Counted from the stretch's first letter, positions 9,581 through 18,970 are shown. The stretch: 26,552 nt of DNA from an uncultured virus (IMG/VR IMGVR_UViG_3300005747_000147) (IMGVR_UViG_3300005747_000147); one strand, 5' to 3'. Program-made: numbers and translations. Notes: generated from the sequence alone by a model not told the origin.

Positions 9581-9978
9581 TTTTCTCGCCTCATTTGATT
9601 CTCTTTAGATTTTACATCATCATCAATTGGGCCACCTTTGGCCCAAGTATAACAAGTCCTTGCCGAATGGCATTTAAAATCGTGCATCCAACAATAACCT
9701 AAACGACCGTCTTTATCAGTAGATAGTGGCATACATTCATCCATTCTAGGAGATATGTCAAATGCAACGCAGTTACTACAATTAGATTTCTTAGCAACCT
9801 TGGCAGTAGTATTCCATCTTTTAGCGTATTCTTCCCAATACTTTTCATCATTTAGATTAAGAGGCCCATATTGAATATGTTTTTCTTTAACAGCCCTATC
9901 TCGATTTTTAGTATTTAATTTTAAGTTCTGTGTTGGCATAGGGCAAGAGAGTTCTTTTATAATTATTTCCCAACTCAT
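9577..9978 (-). CDS. W-tagged Cys-rich protein, HiPIP-like metal/Fe-S motif
   Basis: Starts MSWEIIIK; CSNCVAF...GYC...CYTW. Confidence 0.7.
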   Translation of the reverse strand: MSWEIIIKELSCPMPTQNLKLNTKNRDRAVKEKHIQYGPLNLNDEKYWEEYAKRWNTTAKVAKKSNCSNCVAFDISPRMDECMPLSTDKDGRLGYCWMHDFKCHSARTCYTWAKGGPIDDDVKSKENQMRREK

Positions 9979-10199
9979 CTTGTAAACGCCCCTCTTCTTT
10001 TAGGTTTGTGAGTATAAATGTCTCCATCTCGGTGCATAAATATTTTTCTTTTCTTTTGTAAATTAGATAGTGCGGCTTTAATTTCAGATTCTTCTCCAAA
10101 CTGTTTTAGATTCTTCATACCTAAAGCACCGCCTTCTTTTTTAATTTCAGCAAGAATCTTTGCTTCTATGTCCATTTTTAATATATCTTGCCAATTCAT
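9975..10199 (-). CDS. W-tagged small winged-helix-like protein
   Basis: Starts MNWQDILK; helix pattern ILAEIKKEGGALGMKNL...IKAALSNLQKKRKI then a beta-hairpin. Confidence 0.7.
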   Translation of the reverse strand: MNWQDILKMDIEAKILAEIKKEGGALGMKNLKQFGEESEIKAALSNLQKKRKIFMHRDGDIYTHKPKRRGAFTR

Positions 10200-10603
10200 G
10201 ATTTTCCCTTCCTTTTTGGATAAGTTTTACAAGCGGCACAAGTTGGCCTACATCTTCTTTTAGTTCCCTTAGAAGCATCTGTTCTTCCGCAAGGTTTTTC
10301 TCCTTTTTTATCATCTTCACATGATTGACAAGAAATCCAACCCTTCTGTCCATCTCCGCCTCTTCTTGAGAACCAACCGTGTAATCCCGATTCTTTTTCT
10401 CTTTTGAAATTATCTCCGCCTTTCTTTAGTTTTCCTTGACGGCAACGGGTCATATATCCTGATTTATATGCTGAACCTTTTAATCCATATGATTCATCAG
10501 CATTTAAAGCACAAGTATCTTTTTCCTCGCCCTTGCTGTTGTGAGTAGCAGTAGCCTTACCTGCCTTTTTCTTCTTTAATACTTCAAACCAAAGTTCAGT
10601 CAT
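10196..10603 (-). CDS. W-tagged basic Cys-rich modular protein
   Basis: Starts MTELWFEVLK; SAYKSGYMTRCR, GLHGWF, CQSC, KPCGR, CRPTCAAC. Confidence 0.8.
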   Translation of the reverse strand: MTELWFEVLKKKKAGKATATHNSKGEEKDTCALNADESYGLKGSAYKSGYMTRCRQGKLKKGGDNFKREKESGLHGWFSRRGGDGQKGWISCQSCEDDKKGEKPCGRTDASKGTKRRCRPTCAACKTYPKRKGKS

Positions 10604-11877
10604 TACTTTTCACCTCGGCTTTGGTCTTCAACATCATACCTTTCAGTGCTTGAGCGAAGCATTTCATCTTGAATACCTAATAAACAATTATATCTTCGTT
10701 CTGGAAACTTAAGACCAATATTCAAATACATATCCACCATGTTTTTATTAATCTTCCCTAAATTAGAATACCTAACAAACTTTTGTTTATTTCCCATTAA
10801 ATACTTGTCATCTCGAATAACTTTAATTAGACCTTTCCACATACCTTTAGTGATTTTTTTATTAGACATTTTAATTTTATTTTTTCGGGCCTTAACCAAA
10901 TCAAACCAACTCCCTGTATTAGACTTAATCCACTTTTGTACTTGGTCTGCGTATTTGGTATCTTTTAGTTCTTCTCGGATTTCTTCGGGAAGTTCTTCAA
11001 CTTTCATATCCGTAAATCCTCTTTTTCTAAATGAACCCCGTTCTGCTAATTCTTCATTAGCAACATTGATATACAAGGTTTTCCTTCCTTTCTCAGATAG
11101 AACCTTTTGAACACATAAACCAAATAGGCCCTTTCCTTTGTAGCCTTCTCTTGTATGAATACCTGCGCCAAGTAAGACACTCTTATACTTTGCTATTCCA
11201 CAAACTGCTACGGGAGTTTCACCATCAAATGCTACAAACATTGTTGCCGGTGCATTTGCCCAAATAGAATCCCTTGAAAGGTTTGGGCCATAGCGCATAC
11301 TTCTTTTCACATAATCAAAGTAGCCATCATCATTAAATGCTTTAACTGCGGCATCTTCGGACATCTCCTTGAAAGTAATATCACTTTCAGTATAGGTTTG
11401 CTTCTTGAAAGTAAGCCTTTGTCCTGTCGGGAAATCAGTAGAATATTCAGCATTTGCATCAAACACCATTGTTCTATATTTATCCTCTATTTTTCCTTCG
11501 GGCGTAACAAAACTTGCACCTGTTTCATTTTTATTAGAAACTGCTATGGATTGTTGTTTATATTTAGCAGACAATTTATGAATTTTTTTCATTAAGTCTT
11601 CGGGAACATTAGTAAGCATAAAAGAAGGTTCTAATTCCCATTCAGCATTACCGGTAGCACTTGTAATGGTAAACTGTGGCCTTTTCTTTTTTCTTAACTG
11701 TATATTTAACTCCTTTAAATCTTTAAGGAGAGCATCACTTAATCGGGATAATTCTTTACTTGGAGTCGGTTTGTTTGCTTCTTTAGCAGCAATAAAAACA
11801 TTACTGTTTTTCTTGCGAAGGTTTCTTCTTATCTGCTTCTTATTATAGGCAGGAAGAGTAGTCTGTCGCTTCTTCAT
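10603..11877 (-). CDS. Multidomain protein: SAM-lyase-like N-terminal domain, GNAT domain, C-terminal unit after an internal W-tag
   Basis: GNAT motif A HTREGYKGKGLF. aa 25-160 resemble the T3 SAM lyase pattern as I recall it. WFDLVK at aa 324. Confidence 0.65.
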   Translation of the reverse strand: MKKRQTTLPAYNKKQIRRNLRKKNSNVFIAAKEANKPTPSKELSRLSDALLKDLKELNIQLRKKKRPQFTITSATGNAEWELEPSFMLTNVPEDLMKKIHKLSAKYKQQSIAVSNKNETGASFVTPEGKIEDKYRTMVFDANAEYSTDFPTGQRLTFKKQTYTESDITFKEMSEDAAVKAFNDDGYFDYVKRSMRYGPNLSRDSIWANAPATMFVAFDGETPVAVCGIAKYKSVLLGAGIHTREGYKGKGLFGLCVQKVLSEKGRKTLYINVANEELAERGSFRKRGFTDMKVEELPEEIREELKDTKYADQVQKWIKSNTGSWFDLVKARKNKIKMSNKKITKGMWKGLIKVIRDDKYLMGNKQKFVRYSNLGKINKNMVDMYLNIGLKFPERRYNCLLGIQDEMLRSSTERYDVEDQSRGEK

Positions 11878-11881
11878 AACA

Positions 11882-14467
11882 TCACCTAAAGTTCGCTTTC
11901 AAAACATATACATGTTCTGCATCAATTCCGTATTCCTTAGCAATACCTTCAAAAGAATCTACTGCTTTAACTACTCCGATAATCTCACTGGCACTCATAT
12001 CAATGTTGAAATCTGTTTCCATCTTAGTAATCATGTTTTCCATATCATCATAACTATTTTCACTTTTCATTGAATGAATAACGGGTTTCGATTTTAATAT
12101 TCGTAAAGTATCATGTGCCTCAAGTAACTTTCGTTGTACTACGCTCTTAGTAACTTTATCCAACAACGCCAATAGTTGTTTAGCCTTATCACTAGAAAAA
12201 GTTTCTGTATCTCCTTTTTCAGTTCTAATTTGTAAATTAGTTCCTCTCGTTTTAATAACATCAACTAGGGCTTGAATTGGATATATGTCAGTTGGGTCAT
12301 TAGCATTCCTATCATCGTATAAATCACTCACCAATTCTTTATTTTTTGGGAATCTATTTTCTTTTTTACTATCTATTTCCCTTTGTCCATCTTTGGGTAT
12401 TAATCGGTAAATAGAACCCAATATTGAACCGATGTCCTTACTTAAGTTTTTAGTAACCTCATCATCATCAAAAACATTCTTTAAGGTAAATAATAAAGTT
12501 CTAGAATCTTCATATAGGTCAGAATAATTAGTGATATTATTTGAACCTGCTAAAGTCTGCAAATATTTAATAATATCCTCAATGTCTTCTTCTTGCAAGA
12601 ATGCAGTATCTCTTTCTAGTAATACTTTATTTATAGCAGTAATCGCTTTGTACTTTTCACCTATTGGCCTTGTTGCTGAAATTAACCTAATAGTAAAATC
12701 TCCCTCGAAGGGTAAACGAATACCTGCCCTGTATGGAGAAAATTGAGGGGCTAAGAAACAATTAGCCATAGTTTTTGAAATGAGATTAATTGATATGCTT
12801 ATTTCTTCATCTAAATCTTTTGCTTCTTTCATATCAGTTTTATCACTATCATATCTTTGAGAACCTTTTGAACCGGCTGCGTATTGCCCATAACTAAACC
12901 ATATGAACGGTTTACCTGAACCTCTACTTACCATTCTATCTTCGGGGTCTTTTGATATTGGTGTTGTTCCTGCACCTGCCATATTTACATTCACTTGGCT
13001 AGAAAGAGTAGTTTTATCTTTTTCTATGAATTCTTTAAATAACTTTAGGAATTCATTTATTGAATCTTCTGTGTTTCTCGCTTTTCCAGATAAAGCCCGA
13101 TATTCATTTGCTAAAGCAGAATCATTAGCCATAAATATAGGCAAGTACAATTCATCTCCAATGTCTTCCACAGATTCTAAACTTTCTAAAAAGTTTTCAA
13201 ATGTTATATCAACATCTTTTTCTTGCAGGGTAGGGTAATTTGCATTATTGTCAGAAAGGTCATCAAAATATTCTTTCAACTCTTCTTTTAATTCTTGTAA
13301 GTTGGTATTTACCATTCCGATTTCTTTTAATTGATTCCTGAAGTATATTAAACCTAATGGGTCTAATGGGTGCTTTTCATCAAGAGTTTCAGAAAAACCT
13401 TCTATTTGAGCAGGTAAAGAATCTTCTTCTATCTTTTCATCTATATCGCTCGACTGTTGCATTTGTCCTTCTTGGTTATAATACTTACTATAATCAATAT
13501 TTTCATATAACCCTACATCTTGAACTTCCATAATACCTCCGATATAATTTAAGAAACTTTCAAATGCTTCATAGGCAACTATATCTATATCTTTCACTGG
13601 TACTTCTGTTCTATCAAACTCATGTATATAGTTTAGTTTCTTTCTATTTTCTTCAAGTGAAATGAACTTATATAGGGCTTGCATTTCCTTATCCTTTTCT
13701 GGTATTTTATCCAACAGTTTAGACAATTGTAGTAATTCTTCATCTAATTGTTGAAAAGAATTATTTCCCTTACCTATGCCTATATTCTTCCAATATTCAT
13801 AGGTATCTTCTCTTTTTTCGAAGTTTTTCATGCTTTTTGCGTTAAAAACACTCTTAACATCGAAGCCAACAACCATTCTAGCACTGACTTGTTGGCTTTC
13901 TTTAGACTCTCTACGCCTACTATAAGAGTCCTGTATGCTCTCAAATAGACTACGCATGTTCCGTTTAATGACATTTGTTGCTTGTGTGTCAGCAACAAAT
14001 TCGCTTTTTTTGAGAATATTCTGCCATTTTCGCTTAATTTCATCCAAATCTATGGCTTTTTTACGCTTATCTCGCTTCATTCCACCATTAACTAACTCTA
14101 TCTCATCCGGCTCAAAGTCATCCCGTATCATATCAGTAGCCTGTAATTTTCTGCCCATATACCTAATTGCAGGTATGCTTCTAATTAAACCATTAAGTAG
14201 ATTTTCATAAAGGGTAGCAGGAGTAGAAGCCCTACCAACGCCTCCCTTTGCTTTAAAGTAATCTTTTATGTCTGCTATAATTTTATTTCTTGCTTTAATT
14301 TTGTCATCTCTATCTAAATCAATATATTTTTGGTTGAACATTGGCTCATATTTATTTCTTAACCTTCTAATTAGTCCAGCCTTAACTTTAGTTAATTCTC
14401 TATATTCATCATAATCTAGAACAGATTCATAATTATCTATATAGTTGGGCAAATACTCATATTGCAT
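11882..14467 (-). CDS. Large acidic helical protein (861 aa), possible internal virion protein
   Basis: Long ORF in the head region; internal WQNILK at aa 148; C-terminal ILKS, VVKA and VLKA sites. Confidence 0.8.
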   Translation of the reverse strand: MQYEYLPNYIDNYESVLDYDEYRELTKVKAGLIRRLRNKYEPMFNQKYIDLDRDDKIKARNKIIADIKDYFKAKGGVGRASTPATLYENLLNGLIRSIPAIRYMGRKLQATDMIRDDFEPDEIELVNGGMKRDKRKKAIDLDEIKRKWQNILKKSEFVADTQATNVIKRNMRSLFESIQDSYSRRRESKESQQVSARMVVGFDVKSVFNAKSMKNFEKREDTYEYWKNIGIGKGNNSFQQLDEELLQLSKLLDKIPEKDKEMQALYKFISLEENRKKLNYIHEFDRTEVPVKDIDIVAYEAFESFLNYIGGIMEVQDVGLYENIDYSKYYNQEGQMQQSSDIDEKIEEDSLPAQIEGFSETLDEKHPLDPLGLIYFRNQLKEIGMVNTNLQELKEELKEYFDDLSDNNANYPTLQEKDVDITFENFLESLESVEDIGDELYLPIFMANDSALANEYRALSGKARNTEDSINEFLKLFKEFIEKDKTTLSSQVNVNMAGAGTTPISKDPEDRMVSRGSGKPFIWFSYGQYAAGSKGSQRYDSDKTDMKEAKDLDEEISISINLISKTMANCFLAPQFSPYRAGIRLPFEGDFTIRLISATRPIGEKYKAITAINKVLLERDTAFLQEEDIEDIIKYLQTLAGSNNITNYSDLYEDSRTLLFTLKNVFDDDEVTKNLSKDIGSILGSIYRLIPKDGQREIDSKKENRFPKNKELVSDLYDDRNANDPTDIYPIQALVDVIKTRGTNLQIRTEKGDTETFSSDKAKQLLALLDKVTKSVVQRKLLEAHDTLRILKSKPVIHSMKSENSYDDMENMITKMETDFNIDMSASEIIGVVKAVDSFEGIAKEYGIDAEHVYVLKANFR

Positions 14468-14469
14468 AA

Positions 14470-16443
14470 CTATTCACTTTCCTGTTTTTTTTCCTTAAAT
14501 ATACGAGCATCTTTTAATAATTTAAAAGTTTCTCCTGAGAAAATGCCTGAATAAGATTCTTTATTTTTAATTAAGTAGTTTAAATGTAGTTTCAGTTCTT
14601 TCTTAAATAGAGTATTGACCTTTTTAAGCCCTATTAAGAGTTTTTTCGACAAGTCGCTTACTGCCTGTTCCAAGGTTGGGTCTGTAAGTGATAAGGCTTC
14701 TCCCTGCTCTTCTAAAATAGAGTCAATTTTTTCAACCTCACTATCTAAATTAGACTGGGCCACTTTAACTACTAGATAATAAGCCATAATAAAACAATCA
14801 ATAATATCATATTGTCTAGAGAGTCTACTGTAATATCTATCTAGATTACCGGAATCGAAAACCAAATCAGAAAGGGAGTTTTTTGTCAATATTGCCCTTT
14901 CAATTGCAAATTTAATAGAATTTGGTTTAATTTCTGCTTTTTCTGCCGAACCTAAGTCTTCTGGTTGTAATTCTTCTGGATTTTCTTTAATAAACTGCTT
15001 AAAGTTTCGTTCTATGCGCCTAATTGTATTTATTCCTTTTTCATCAACGGCATGGTAAGCATCTCCAACTTTAGAAAGGTCTTTTAAATCCTTTGATTCT
15101 GCAATTTCTTCGTAGTCGAGATAAATGTCCATCATTTTTTCAGATATTCTCCTGTTATTCAAATATCTTTCGTAATCTCTATCCAATGCTTCTTTAGCCC
15201 CTTCTTTATCTACATCAAAGTCTTTCCTTCTTTGAGAATACGCCACCGTAAATTGTTTTTTACCCATAGCAGGTGTTACTTGGACTCCTTCAGTAGCATT
15301 CTTAAAAATAGAATCATTGTTTGGTGAAATTAGAATCCCTTTTACGAATCTAATAGATGCGATTTTCTTTCCACCCGCAGGAAAGTGTATGACTCTTGAA
15401 ATTCTTTGGTTATTTAAGGTTCTCATATACAAATCTTTACTACCTTTGTTATTTACATTCCCTGCAAGCATTAAAACATTAAAATATTCTTCGATTTGCT
15501 TACCTGTTAATGACCCAATCACATCAACATTTTGTGAAGAGGCAGTTTCCATTTCATCTAATTTTAATCTAGCAGTAAATGGTTCTTTACCAAGTAATAA
15601 TGTTGGCAAAAATGGAGGAATACGGCTACTTATAGTTTCATCATCAGAAATATTACCTATTTTTTCTGCTAATTGTATAAATTCGCTACTTTCGGTCTTG
15701 CTTGAGCCACTTGGAGCATATTTTTCACTATCACTACTAGGAAAAACCTTTCTCCAAGTCTCGAAACTTCTGCCGGATATGTTTTTTTCTCCTTTTTCCC
15801 AGCCTTCTATCATTTCTTTACCGGAAGGTTCTGCTAAAGAAAGTTCCGCCAAGCCAAAATTATAAATTGGTCTTGCATTATCTAAAAACTCATCAACAGT
15901 AGGGGCATTTCCTTCTGGAATATTATTAACATATAACCTATAAAGCGGTTTTCTTTTTTCTTTAGGTATATCTCTAATAAGGTTATACATATATGTGTTG
16001 TTTTTAAACCTATTTGTTAAGTATTTAAATAATTTATCTAAGTTGGACTTAACATCCTTATTAGAAAAAATATTTTTTAGAGTAGAATCTAATGTTGAAA
16101 CAGAAGAAGAATATATTTTAGATATATGTTCCCTAATTTTAACAAAGTTATTAAAAATAGTATTGTTAATTTCTTCTCTACCTTTACCTTCATTATTTTC
16201 TCTATCTTTTTTGAGTTGAGTTACCCAATCATCATACAATTTCCTATATTTGTTTGATTTTTTGAATGCTCTTTTTAATGACTGATAGGAATTAATATCG
16301 CTAAACTCTTGAACCAATTCCATGACTGGTTCAATGTTTTTACTCCTGCCCTTTCTACCAGTAGTTAATGCTATTTGAGCATCAGTAGAAGCATCTGAAA
16401 CTAAAACTAATTTAGTCAAGTCAGAAATCGGGGGAAAACTCAT
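14470..16443 (-). CDS. Large hypothetical protein (657 aa)
   Basis: Long ORF, ATGA-coupled; no motif recognised. Confidence 0.8.
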   Translation of the reverse strand: MSFPPISDLTKLVLVSDASTDAQIALTTGRKGRSKNIEPVMELVQEFSDINSYQSLKRAFKKSNKYRKLYDDWVTQLKKDRENNEGKGREEINNTIFNNFVKIREHISKIYSSSVSTLDSTLKNIFSNKDVKSNLDKLFKYLTNRFKNNTYMYNLIRDIPKEKRKPLYRLYVNNIPEGNAPTVDEFLDNARPIYNFGLAELSLAEPSGKEMIEGWEKGEKNISGRSFETWRKVFPSSDSEKYAPSGSSKTESSEFIQLAEKIGNISDDETISSRIPPFLPTLLLGKEPFTARLKLDEMETASSQNVDVIGSLTGKQIEEYFNVLMLAGNVNNKGSKDLYMRTLNNQRISRVIHFPAGGKKIASIRFVKGILISPNNDSIFKNATEGVQVTPAMGKKQFTVAYSQRRKDFDVDKEGAKEALDRDYERYLNNRRISEKMMDIYLDYEEIAESKDLKDLSKVGDAYHAVDEKGINTIRRIERNFKQFIKENPEELQPEDLGSAEKAEIKPNSIKFAIERAILTKNSLSDLVFDSGNLDRYYSRLSRQYDIIDCFIMAYYLVVKVAQSNLDSEVEKIDSILEEQGEALSLTDPTLEQAVSDLSKKLLIGLKKVNTLFKKELKLHLNYLIKNKESYSGIFSGETFKLLKDARIFKEKKQESE

Positions 16444-16905
16444 TGTAATCTTTCCTTAATATAGTTTCTAATTTCTTGCATCTTGTCATTAGGTAATTTA
16501 AGGTTATGTTTGAAAGGCCAATAAAAATTTGACAATACTTTCCAAGCAGGTGCAAAATAATAGTCAAAATCTTCCATATCCATCACCCGATTTTTTGCCT
16601 TTACAAAATCAACTACTTTCTCTCTTTGTTTTTTCCATTTATCTTCATTACTAATTTGCATGTCTGGTCTTCTATCTTTAACGGCATCTTCGGGATTATT
16701 ATTTAACCATTCTTCAAGTATATTAAATATTTTTAGGCTATTGGGTTTAAATTTTTCCCATCTAAGAGTTTCAACCCTTTCCAATTCCTCTTGGTTAAGT
16801 CTTTCTCCTTCTTCTACCACTTTAGGGGCAAATCTCATTGTATCTCTAATAGCATCTTCTGTTGATATTTTTAATATACTTTTCCAACTCATTGTAATCT
16901 CTCCT
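16437..16905. repeat. 20-bp direct repeat AACTCATTGTAATCTyTCCT at 16437-16456 and 16886-16905
   Basis: 19/20 identical; both upstream genes end ERLQ-stop overlapping ATG AGT. Confidence 0.85.
16440..16892 (-). CDS. W-tagged hypothetical protein (MSWKSILK), flanked by a 20-bp direct repeat
   Basis: ATGA overlaps at both ends. Confidence 0.8.
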   Translation of the reverse strand: MSWKSILKISTEDAIRDTMRFAPKVVEEGERLNQEELERVETLRWEKFKPNSLKIFNILEEWLNNNPEDAVKDRRPDMQISNEDKWKKQREKVVDFVKAKNRVMDMEDFDYYFAPAWKVLSNFYWPFKHNLKLPNDKMQEIRNYIKERLQ

Positions 16906-17545
16906 GCATTTTCTTTTTAATATCAAGCCAAATCTCAGGATTGTTCTGTGCTAACACTTCTTGAACAACCTGCATTTGTGCGACAATAATTGTATCTTGT
17001 CTCTTGTGAACAAGTTTGCCTTTGAACTCAAGTAGATACTTTAATGACTCTCGAACTTCTTTTGCGAGTTTAGTAAGACTATCAATCTCTCTTGGTTCTA
17101 AATCTGTATTAAGGAACAAGTCATTCAATTTATCATCTAAGCGTTGAACATTCGCACTCAGCAAATCAATCTCATTAACTTCCTTTTTCGCTATGATAGC
17201 GGCTGCGGATTGCTGCACCAAAGGTGCTAAGTGGTGCTTCATGTGTCGTTGCACCTGTGTTTTTGTGATGTCTAAGGCTTGAGAAATACCCTCACTTGTT
17301 ATATTACCATTAGAAAGGGCTTCCTCGTAGTGTTTCCGCATAGGGTCAATACATAACTTGCATTTGGGGTTACTGCTGTTTGTATATTCACCCATGTGAT
17401 TTCTTTGATGTTGGGCCGCAGTACCACTTCTCCAATCATTTCTTGAATCTAAATCATCGCAACTTGTCATACCTTGTTCAATTGCGGCTTCCATACTTTC
17501 TCTATCACCATGCTGACAAAAGGCACATCTCTTTCTTGTTATCAT
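16889..17545 (-). CDS. Putative terminase small subunit with two tandem Zn-finger/HTH units and a coiled coil
   Basis: CAFC...HQRNH and CKLC...HMKHH units, the second enclosing a clear HTH-like segment (TSEGISQALDITKTQVQRH); helical C-terminus. GGTGA RBS favours ATG 17545. Confidence 0.55.
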   Translation of the reverse strand: MITRKRCAFCQHGDRESMEAAIEQGMTSCDDLDSRNDWRSGTAAQHQRNHMGEYTNSSNPKCKLCIDPMRKHYEEALSNGNITSEGISQALDITKTQVQRHMKHHLAPLVQQSAAAIIAKKEVNEIDLLSANVQRLDDKLNDLFLNTDLEPREIDSLTKLAKEVRESLKYLLEFKGKLVHKRQDTIIVAQMQVVQEVLAQNNPEIWLDIKKKMQERLQ

Positions 17546-17853
17546 TCTTTCACCCACATCGTTGTTTTTAAATCACTAGTGTTTCCGCTTAGTTCTTTTG
17601 TAGTATATCCGTAGTTTCTTAGTAATTTAGAATACGCTCTTAAACTTTCTTGCTTACCTTTTAGTCTATTAAGCCCTGCTTTTTCTTCTCTAGTTCCTAA
17701 TTCATTAACTACTTCAGTATAAGTTGATATTAGTTTTTCATCCAAATCTTTAGTGTTGATTCCTTTACCGTCTAATTCTTCTACAATTCTTCTAATTGTT
17801 TCTTTAACTAATTGAAAATTAAATTTCTTTCTTTTTAAGATACTGAACCAAAC
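17542..17853 (-). CDS. W-tagged protein (VWFSILKRKKFNFQLVKE..., about 103 aa) with an anomalous start
   Basis: The track ORF (17542..17745) extends upstream without a stop to WFSILK. The only nearby ATG (17855) is out of frame. Confidence 0.65.
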   Translation of the reverse strand, partial: VWFSILKRKKFNFQLVKETIRRIVEELDGKGINTKDLDEKLISTYTEVVNELGTREEKAGLNRLKGKQESLRAYSKLLRNYGYTTKELSGNTSDLKTTMWVKE

Positions 17854-17854
17854 A

Positions 17855-18970
17855 TCAATCCCTCCAAAGTTGTTCCATCCAAGATTTCTTTACTGGTTCG
17901 GGAACTTTAGTTTTACCCCTGATATCTAAGTAATTACCATTCTTAAGTTTATAAGTTTCTTTACCAATCACCTTCATAATTAAGGAAACCATAGCGGCCT
18001 TTCCAAATGGCTGTAATTGAAATGTTTCTATGGGACTAGCCAAATTAGGCAACTTACCCACATATTGAACAATCAACTGTGGTTTTGCAGACCTAGAACC
18101 AAAAGACTTTGTTCCGACAGCAAACTGCATACCCTGTAATATAGCAGCCATTTGTTGCAATTTAGGTTTACCTCCAGAAAATAAATCACTTCTCTTTAAC
18201 AAAGAAAAAACTTGTTTTCTTACAGAAGGTATAAGAGCCAAAGAACCCGCACTTCTTTGCACCTTGAGTTGGATATTAGGAATAGGTTTTTTTCGTATTT
18301 CTTGTATCGCTTCTGATATTATATCATATAGGCCTACTTTCACCAAGTCGCCCTTCCCATAAATAGCCTGTGCTAATGGGGGATTAGCAGTATTAGGAGT
18401 CTTACTCCACCAACCTTTCTTTTCAGCAAGACCGTATTTATCTTCAAAGTAATTATCTCGATAATGACCGTAAATTGTTTGTTTTTTATCATCTAATATA
18501 TCTATTTTATTTTTAGCACGACTACCTTTTCTTGGTTTCCCTTTACCTACTTTCCATCTTGTCGGTCTAGTAAAAATAGTATTTCTAGGATTAAGAGTGG
18601 GGCTTTTGGTAATACCATCAAGTTTTTCTTTCAATTCCAAAAAGTCTTCTAAGTCATCCACATCAAATACGCTTTTATTTGCTATTAATTCATAAATATC
18701 ATCTAAGGTTTCAAATATACCATCGCTACCAGTATTCTTAGAATTATCTCTAAGGTACTTTCTTACATGTTGTTGCAATTGTAAGTACAATGTTTTGGGG
18801 TAAGTTTGTCTACCAACTTTGGCGTAAGGACTTCCTGTACTTGCTATATCTTCGGAACTATGCCCATTACAAATTTTTTTCCAATCCAAAAACTTTTTCT
18901 TAAAATCATAAGAAGGGGCTTGTATTTTATTACCGTTAATATCAACTGTTGATTTCTTCGTCTTCGTCAT
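17855..18970 (-). CDS. Basic hypothetical protein (about 371 aa, MTKTKKS...)
   Basis: GGAGGTGA RBS precedes ATG 18970 (or 18976); the longer track start overlaps another gene. Confidence 0.8.
   Translation of the reverse strand: MTKTKKSTVDINGNKIQAPSYDFKKKFLDWKKICNGHSSEDIASTGSPYAKVGRQTYPKTLYLQLQQHVRKYLRDNSKNTGSDGIFETLDDIYELIANKSVFDVDDLEDFLELKEKLDGITKSPTLNPRNTIFTRPTRWKVGKGKPRKGSRAKNKIDILDDKKQTIYGHYRDNYFEDKYGLAEKKGWWSKTPNTANPPLAQAIYGKGDLVKVGLYDIISEAIQEIRKKPIPNIQLKVQRSAGSLALIPSVRKQVFSLLKRSDLFSGGKPKLQQMAAILQGMQFAVGTKSFGSRSAKPQLIVQYVGKLPNLASPIETFQLQPFGKAAMVSLIMKVIGKETYKLKNGNYLDIRGKTKVPEPVKKSWMEQLWRD

Noticed and set aside
856..16443. Large ORFs as major capsid, tape measure or RNA polymerase
   Set aside because: No recognisable HK97-fold, tape-measure or DxDGD-type motifs by eye; left as hypothetical.
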